Shown in pieces: positions 57,928 through 64,000 of a DNA stretch of 64,000 bases. This DNA comes from an uncultured delta proteobacterium (GTDB lineage: Bacteria > Myxococcota > Myxococcia > Myxococcales > 40CM-4-68-19), in assembly GCA_903911145.1 (NCBI GenBank), contig CAIWCD010000013.1, positions 372,001-436,000 on the forward strand, given 5' to 3'. Under the pieces are notes generated by a model, which worked only from the letters and a program-made list of their open reading frames with translations, did not search any database and was not told the DNA's origin. The position numbers and the translations under genes were made by a program. Positions within the stretch are counted from its first letter, which is position 1. The number at the start of each line of letters is the position of its first letter.

Positions 57928-60900
57928 GTGAACGAGCGCGCGCGGTTCCACAGCTACGAGGAGCCCGAGCGGGCGCAGCGCGTCGTGCAGCGACTCGCCG
58001 AGACGGCGGGGCTCGGCGAAACGGCGCTGCGAAGGCTCGAGGAACTCTGCGCCAGTTCGGCGGATCCCGATGGCGCGCTCCACGGCGCCTCGCGCGCACT
58101 GCAGGCCCGGCGTGAGGCGCTCGGCGGCCCGGCGCGAGAGAGTGCCCTCGAGGCGCTGGTGCAGATCGCCGCGGCCTCGCGCTTTCTCGCCATCCATCTG
58201 GCTGCGCGGCCAAGGCTCCTCGATCTGCTCGCGCAGGCTCGATTCGCCAGGCTCTCCCGCTCGGCCGCGAGCGCACAGAAGGCCGCGCTCCAGCTCTTGC
58301 GCGGACTGAATCCGAGCGACCCGACCGACATCGATCGCCTTCACGTTCGACTCCGCCAGCACAAATTTCGCGAGGTGCTGCGCATCGCGCTGCGCGATCT
58401 CTCTGGCCGGGCGATGCTGCCGGAGTCCGCGGCCGAACTCGCGCACCTCGCATCCGCCTCGTTCGAGACGGCGCTGCGATTCCACTACCGTCGTCTCTGC
58501 GCCCAGCACGGTGCGCCGCAAGGTCGAACCGCCGACGGAGCGAGCGGCTTCTGCATTCTCGGCATGGGCAAGCTCGGCGGCGAGGAGCTCAACTTCTCCT
58601 CCGACGTCGACGTGCTCTACCTCTACGAGCAGGACGGCCAGACGCAGGGAGGCCCGGCCGGCTCGCTCGATCACTTCGCGTTCTATGCGCGGCTCGCCGA
58701 GGACGTAACCCGCGCGGTCGGCGCGGCACTCGACGGAGGATTCGTCTTCCGGGTCGATCTCGATCTGCGTCCAGAGGGTCGCGCCGGTCCGATCGTCAAT
58801 TCGCTGCGCGGTCTCGAGATCTATTACGAGGCGCAGGGCGCTGCGTGGGAGCGCTTCGCCTGGCTCAAGGCGCGGCCGATCGCAGGAGAGCTGCGCGTGG
58901 GCGACGAGGCGCTGCGGCGCCTGCAGCCGTTCGTCTATCGCAAATATGTCGATCTGCAGGCCATCGAGGCGATGCGCGCGCTCAAGGCCCGCGCCGAGCG
59001 CGAGTCGGCCAAGCGTGGCGGGCTCGATCTCAAGCTTGGCCCTGGCGGCATCCGCGAGGTCGAGTTCTTCGCGCAGGCGCTGCAGCTGCTCCACGGTGGG
59101 CGCGACGCGAATCTTCGAGAGCGGAATACGCTGCGTGCGCTCGACCGGCTGCTCTACGCGGGCCTGATCACCGCGCGCGATCGCGACGCGCTCTCCGAGG
59201 CCTACCTGCTCCTGCGCAAGCTCGAGCATCGCGTGCAGATGGTCTCAGAGAGGCAGACGCACCAGATGCCGACCGAACCGCAGGAGCGCGAGCGGCTCGC
59301 ACGACGGAGCGGTTTTCTCTCGGCGCAGGCGCTCGAGGCCGAACTCTCCCGCCATCGCGCACAGGTGCAGGCCCGCTTCTCTGATCTGCTTCGCGTCGCG
59401 GGCGGCGAGCCCGACCCAGTCGACAACAGCGCGCAGATCGCGGCCGACCCGCTGGTCTCTGCCGAGGACCTGACCGAAGCATTGCGGCGCCTGGGGTTCG
59501 CCGATCCGGAGAGCAGCACTGCTGAATTCGCGCGGATGCGCAAGCGCCGTGGAACGCCCTTCTCGCCCTCGGCACCGCCCGAACTCGCTGCGGGCGCGGC
59601 CTGGCTCGTCGCCGAGATCGCGAAGGTCCCCGACCCCGACCGCGCCGCGCGCCACCTCGCCGATCTCTTCGGACAGCTCGCGGAGCCGCAGGCCACGTCG
59701 CGTCTCTTCGCCAGCTCCCCGCGCACCGCACGGCTGTTGCTCTCCCTCTTCGGCTCGTCCGATTTTCTCTCTCGCTCGTTGCTGCGCCATCCCGAGCTGA
59801 TCGATCAACTCGTCCATCGCGGCTCGGCGCCACTGTCACGCGAACGCAGCGAACTGCGCGCAGCGCTCCATGCGCGACTCGCTGCGCATCCGGCCGACGA
59901 CGTCGAGTCCCAGCTCTCGGAGATGCGCCGCTTTCACAATGAGGAAGTGCTGCGCATCGGACTGCACGACGTCGCTGGCGCGCTCGAGCCGGAGGCCGTG
60001 GGCACGCAACTCTCGGACCTCGCCGACGTCTCCGTCGAGGCGTGTCTGGCACTTGCGACGATGGAGATCGAGCGGCGCGACGGCGCGCTCGTTCGTACCG
60101 ATGTCACGCAGCCCGCGCCCAGTCTGGTCGTGATCGCGCTCGGCAAACTCGGCGGCAGAGAAATCGGCTACCACAGCGATCTCGATCTCATCTTTCTCTA
60201 CGCAGGCGACGGCGAGAGTTCCGGGCCGCGCCACGCCAGCGCGCACGAGCAGTTCGCGCGCATCGCGCAGCGGATGATCAGCCACCTCTCGATCCCGCTG
60301 CCCGAGGGGATCCTCTACCGCATCGACACGCGGCTCAGGCCGAGCGGCAGCGCGGGCCCGCTGGTGATCTCGTTCGATGCGCTCGCGCGCTACCACAGCG
60401 CCCCCTCGAGCAGCGACGCCAGCAAGCGCAGCGAGACGCCGAAGATCGCTGGTGCGGGAGAGAGTGCTCCGCGCGTCGCGTGGCTCTGGGAGCGGCAGGC
60501 GCTGCTGCGGGCGCGCGCGGTCGCGGGCGATGCGGGGCTGTTCGCGCGAGCAGAAAGAGAGGTCCTCGAGCAGAGCCTGTTTCGTCCGCTCGATGCGCCA
60601 GCCCGCGCCGAGGCTGCTCGCGAGCTGCTCTCGATGCGCGAGAGAATGGAGCGCGAAATTGCCGCTGAGTCGCACGCGCGATACAACTCGAAGGTCGGTC
60701 GCGGAGGTCTGGTGGACGTGGAGTTCGCGGTGCAGCTCCTCCAATTGATCCATGGCCACGCCCATCCTTCGATCCGCATGCAGAGCACACCCGGCGCGCT
60801 GCAGTCGCTTGCGCAGGAAGGCCTGCTCGAGCCCGCCGAGGCCGATCCTCTCGCGCGCGGCTGGCGCTTCCTGCGGCGACTCGAGAGCCGCCTGCGCATC

Positions 60901-61107
60901 GTTCGCGATCGGCCGATCGACCATCTGCCCACCGAGGGGCGCGAGCTGGTTCTCCTCGCGCGCCGACTCGGCTACAGCGGAGCAGCCGATGCGGCCACAA
61001 GCGCCCTGCTCTCCGACTACGCCCGCGCCACCGCCTCGGTGCGCGCGGCCTTCCTCCGCGTCATCGGCCGATTTCTGCCGCCCGCCGCAACCGAAAGCTC
61101 AACGTGA
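57928..61107 (+). CDS. glnE: Bifunctional glutamine synthetase adenylyltransferase/adenylyl-removing enzyme
   Basis: Two NT domains: GMGKLGGEELNFSSDVD...FRVDLDLRPEG...KLGPGGIREVEF and ALGKLGGREIGYHSDLD...IDTRLRPSG...KVGRGGLVDVEF. Confidence 0.96.
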   Translation: MNERARFHSYEEPERAQRVVQRLAETAGLGETALRRLEELCASSADPDGALHGASRALQARREALGGPARESALEALVQIAAASRFLAIHLAARPRLLDLLAQARFARLSRSAASAQKAALQLLRGLNPSDPTDIDRLHVRLRQHKFREVLRIALRDLSGRAMLPESAAELAHLASASFETALRFHYRRLCAQHGAPQGRTADGASGFCILGMGKLGGEELNFSSDVDVLYLYEQDGQTQGGPAGSLDHFAFYARLAEDVTRAVGAALDGGFVFRVDLDLRPEGRAGPIVNSLRGLEIYYEAQGAAWERFAWLKARPIAGELRVGDEALRRLQPFVYRKYVDLQAIEAMRALKARAERESAKRGGLDLKLGPGGIREVEFFAQALQLLHGGRDANLRERNTLRALDRLLYAGLITARDRDALSEAYLLLRKLEHRVQMVSERQTHQMPTEPQERERLARRSGFLSAQALEAELSRHRAQVQARFSDLLRVAGGEPDPVDNSAQIAADPLVSAEDLTEALRRLGFADPESSTAEFARMRKRRGTPFSPSAPPELAAGAAWLVAEIAKVPDPDRAARHLADLFGQLAEPQATSRLFASSPRTARLLLSLFGSSDFLSRSLLRHPELIDQLVHRGSAPLSRERSELRAALHARLAAHPADDVESQLSEMRRFHNEEVLRIGLHDVAGALEPEAVGTQLSDLADVSVEACLALATMEIERRDGALVRTDVTQPAPSLVVIALGKLGGREIGYHSDLDLIFLYAGDGESSGPRHASAHEQFARIAQRMISHLSIPLPEGILYRIDTRLRPSGSAGPLVISFDALARYHSAPSSSDASKRSETPKIAGAGESAPRVAWLWERQALLRARAVAGDAGLFARAEREVLEQSLFRPLDAPARAEAARELLSMRERMEREIAAESHARYNSKVGRGGLVDVEFAVQLLQLIHGHAHPSIRMQSTPGALQSLAQEGLLEPAEADPLARGWRFLRRLESRLRIVRDRPIDHLPTEGRELVLLARRLGYSGAADAATSALLSDYARATASVRAAFLRVIGRFLPPAATESST

Positions 61108-63170
61108 GTGAGCCGCTCGCCGGACACACCATCCTGCTCGTCGAAGATGATCGGGCGTTGCAGCGCGCGATGGCCGAGGCGCTCACTGACGCCGGCTTCA
61201 CCGTGCTCGCTGAGCGTGACGGCGAGTGGGCGCTGCGCACGTTCAACCAGCGCCCGGTCGATCTCGCGGTGCTCGATATGCTCCTCCCCGGCAAGGGGGG
61301 ACTGCTTGTCGCCGAGGAGATCCGCAAGTCACCGCGCGGGGCACAGCTGCCGATCGTCATCTCGACCGGACTGATGCGCAGCGCGCGCAGCCGTCGGGAG
61401 TTCAGTGAGAAGCTCGGCGCGAGCGGCCCGCTCGAGTGGCTCGACAAGCCGTTCGAGCCCGGCCAGCTCGTCGCGCTCTGCCAGCAGTTGCTCAAGCTCA
61501 CGCCCGAGCAGACCGATCCCGATCAGCGCAAGAGGCGACGCGAAGAGGAGCGGCTCGCATCGAAGTCGCAGGCTCCCCGCCTCGCGTCCGATGCCGATCA
61601 CGAGGAGGCGAGCGGCGTCGAAGATGAAAGCCAGGCACGCTTCCGCGGCGCAGCACTGGTGCGCGGCGATCTGCGCGACACGCCGTTTGCCGAGGTCCTC
61701 TCGCAGCTGCACCGCTGGCGAGCCACTGGTGCGCTCCTGCTGCGTTGCGGGCCGATGAAGAAGATCGTCTACGTCAAGGAGGGCACGCCGCTCTTCGTGC
61801 GCTCGAACATCCTCGGAGAGTGCCTCGGGCAGGTGCTGGTGCGCGAGAGGATGATCACGCTCGAGGAGTGCGCGCAGTCGCTCAAGAAGATGGCGGCGCA
61901 GAAGCGCCAGCAGGGCACTGTGCTCATCGAGATGGGCTGCATCTCGCCGGCGAATCTCGCGTACGCGCTGCAGCTGCAGCAGGAGACGAAGCTCTACGAT
62001 CTCTTTGCGTGGCGCGAGGGCGAGTACAACTTCAATCCACGCGCGGAGGCGCCGCCGTCGCTGATCGCTCTCGAGGGAACGAGCGCACGGACGCTTTTCG
62101 AGGGAATCCAACGGGCCTATGAGCCCGAACGCGCCGAGCAGGAATTGGGTGCCGCTGAGGGAGCTGCGGTGCGCCTCTCCGATGAGCCGCTCGATCGATT
62201 TCAGGAGATGGGCCTCGAGGCCGATCACGCGCGCTTCTACTCGTTGATCGATGGGCGGCGCACAGTGCGGGAGTTGCTCGCGCTCGCGACTCTGCCGACG
62301 GGCGAGGCGCAGAAGCTTCTTCTCGCGCTCAAGTGCGCGAACATGATCCAGCTCGGTGCGGCGGGCCGGGCGAGCAACCAGGCGGCAGGCGGCACGCGGC
62401 CGCCAGGTGCGGCACGATCGGTGCCGACTCCGGTACCACCGCCGATCGGCGAGATGCCCGAGCGCGCATTGCCAGCGCCCGAGCTCGCGCTTCGCCAGCA
62501 GGTCGAACGGCTTGCCGCACGGGCACAGGATCTCCGCCGTGGCTCTCTCTACGACACGCTCGCGATCGCGACGAACGCGAACGACGCCGAGATTCGCGCG
62601 GCCTACGCAGAGAAGGCCAAGGAGCACCATCCGCATCGCCTCGGCCCCGACGCGACCGCGGAGATGCGCAGCCTGGCAGAGGAGATCTTCGGCCAGGTGG
62701 TCCACGCGCACGAGGTTCTCGCGGACAGTGCGCGACGGGCAAAATACGACGCGGAACTCGGACAGGGGAACGTGCGCAGCGACTCTGACGACGTCGCCCG
62801 GATTCTCGCTGCCGAGCAGCGTTTCCGAGAGGGAGAGGAACTGCTCAAGCAGGGCAAGCCGCAGCTGGCGCGCTCGGCGTTCGTCGAGGCCACCAAGCTC
62901 TATCCCGATGAGGCCGAGTTTCACGCCTGCCTCGGCTGGGCGAGCTGGCTGTCGTCGGCACGCGATGACGCGGGAGAGAATGTCGCGCAGACGCATCTGG
63001 CGCGCGCGCTGCAGCTCAATCCGCGGATGGATCGTGCGTACGTCTTTCGCGGCAACATCGAGAAGGCGCGCGGCAACACGCGCAAGGCGGAGGCGGAGTT
63101 CGAGAAGGCGCTCCACTGCAATCCTGCTTGCACCGAGGCCTTGCGGGAACTGAAGCTCGCGCGCCAATGA
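61104..63170 (+). CDS. Response regulator with DUF4388-like, J-like and TPR domains
   Basis: REC (LLVEDD, VLDMLLP, KPF); GDLRDTPFAEVL...TGALLL...LFAWREGEYNF; J-like LYDTLAI...EIRAAY...HHPHR...AHEVLAD..RRAKYD; C-terminal TPRs; GTG overlaps glnE stop. Confidence 0.85.
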   Translation: MSEPLAGHTILLVEDDRALQRAMAEALTDAGFTVLAERDGEWALRTFNQRPVDLAVLDMLLPGKGGLLVAEEIRKSPRGAQLPIVISTGLMRSARSRREFSEKLGASGPLEWLDKPFEPGQLVALCQQLLKLTPEQTDPDQRKRRREEERLASKSQAPRLASDADHEEASGVEDESQARFRGAALVRGDLRDTPFAEVLSQLHRWRATGALLLRCGPMKKIVYVKEGTPLFVRSNILGECLGQVLVRERMITLEECAQSLKKMAAQKRQQGTVLIEMGCISPANLAYALQLQQETKLYDLFAWREGEYNFNPRAEAPPSLIALEGTSARTLFEGIQRAYEPERAEQELGAAEGAAVRLSDEPLDRFQEMGLEADHARFYSLIDGRRTVRELLALATLPTGEAQKLLLALKCANMIQLGAAGRASNQAAGGTRPPGAARSVPTPVPPPIGEMPERALPAPELALRQQVERLAARAQDLRRGSLYDTLAIATNANDAEIRAAYAEKAKEHHPHRLGPDATAEMRSLAEEIFGQVVHAHEVLADSARRAKYDAELGQGNVRSDSDDVARILAAEQRFREGEELLKQGKPQLARSAFVEATKLYPDEAEFHACLGWASWLSSARDDAGENVAQTHLARALQLNPRMDRAYVFRGNIEKARGNTRKAEAEFEKALHCNPACTEALRELKLARQ

Positions 63171-64000
63171 GCCTGCTCGAGAGCCGCTTCACCGAGTTGC
63201 TGCCGCTGCACGAGATGGAGCTGCGGCTGGCGCGCGCCACGATCGCCGCGATGGGGCGGCTCGATCGCAAGGACGAAGCGACTCTGCGCTATGCACTCTC
63301 TCTTGCGCGCGTGTGGCTCGTGCGCGCGCCGGACGGCCGCGACGTCGCGGTCTCGGGAAATCTTCGTGCGTATCGCGCCCGACTCCACGACCTGCTCGCG
63401 CCGCTGCTCGGCTCGGATCGCACCCGCCTTCCCGAGGCTTTCGAGCTGCAGGCCTCGGCCCGTGTGGCAGGGCCGCTCGCGCGCACCGCGCTCACCGAAC
63501 TTGATCGCGACCTCGGTCATCGCCTGCCCGCGGCTGCGCTCGATCGCGAAGTCCGCGAGCGTCATCTCGTGCTCGTCTGCGGCGGCGGCGGCGGCACCGG
63601 CTACGTCCACCTCGCGGCGTTCGCGCTCCTCGAGTCTGCCGGCCTGCATCCATCGCTCATCGCAGGAAGCTCGATGGGCGCCGTGCTCGGCCTCTTTCGC
63701 GCACGCGAGAAGCGATTCGATCTCGCGCGCATCCCCGAGATCCTCAGCGAGCTGACCTATCGCAAGATCTTCCGCATCACCCCGCAGGCGTCGCAGTACG
63801 GCCTGCCCGGCGCGATGCGCATTCGCCTGCGCGAGGCGGTCGGCCACTGGTTTCTCCATCCGGATGGCAGCCCGCTGCGCCTGTCCGAACTCGCCATCCC
63901 GCTGCTCGTCACCGTCACGGGGATCCGCCGCGGCCGCCTCCCGCGCCCCCTCGAGGAGTACGAGCGCCTCGTGCGCATCTCCGATCCCGACCCGAGCAAG
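63167..64000 (+). CDS. Patatin-like phospholipase, 3'-truncated (absent from the ORF track)
   Basis: ATG 63167 overlaps previous stop (ATGA); hand translation MSLLESRFTELLPLHEMEL... contains LVLVCGGGGGTGYVHL and IAGSSMGA (GxSxG); frame runs off the window end. Confidence 0.88.
   Translation, partial: MSLLESRFTELLPLHEMELRLARATIAAMGRLDRKDEATLRYALSLARVWLVRAPDGRDVAVSGNLRAYRARLHDLLAPLLGSDRTRLPEAFELQASARVAGPLARTALTELDRDLGHRLPAAALDREVRERHLVLVCGGGGGTGYVHLAAFALLESAGLHPSLIAGSSMGAVLGLFRAREKRFDLARIPEILSELTYRKIFRITPQASQYGLPGAMRIRLREAVGHWFLHPDGSPLRLSELAIPLLVTVTGIRRGRLPRPLEEYERLVRISDPDPSK

Overview
High-GC chromosomal segment, inferred from gene content (glt/cgl gliding-type genes, cdnL, many Cys-rich lipoproteins) to come from a myxobacterium or relative (Myxococcota). 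The main feature is a ~26.5 kb run of 16 minus-strand genes (31652->5151): a cellulose synthase operon (fused bcsR-bcsQ, bcsA, bcsB, bcsZ, bcsC), then three lipoproteins (beta-propeller, Cys-rich repeat, vWA/MIDAS), then a contiguous eight-gene Glt/Nfs-type trans-envelope cluster (two OM beta-barrels, gltC, gltD, gltE, gltF, gltG, gltH/cglE). The rest is mostly core genome: typA, stand-alone rplC, eno, glpX, gltX, hutH, lysC, tRNA-Gln(CUG), tRNA-Glu(CUC), cdnL, comEC, a hybrid histidine kinase, glnE, a REC-J-TPR protein and a patatin running off the window end. No CRISPR array, integrase, transposase or rRNA was seen. All family calls come from motif recognition by eye; no database searches were run.
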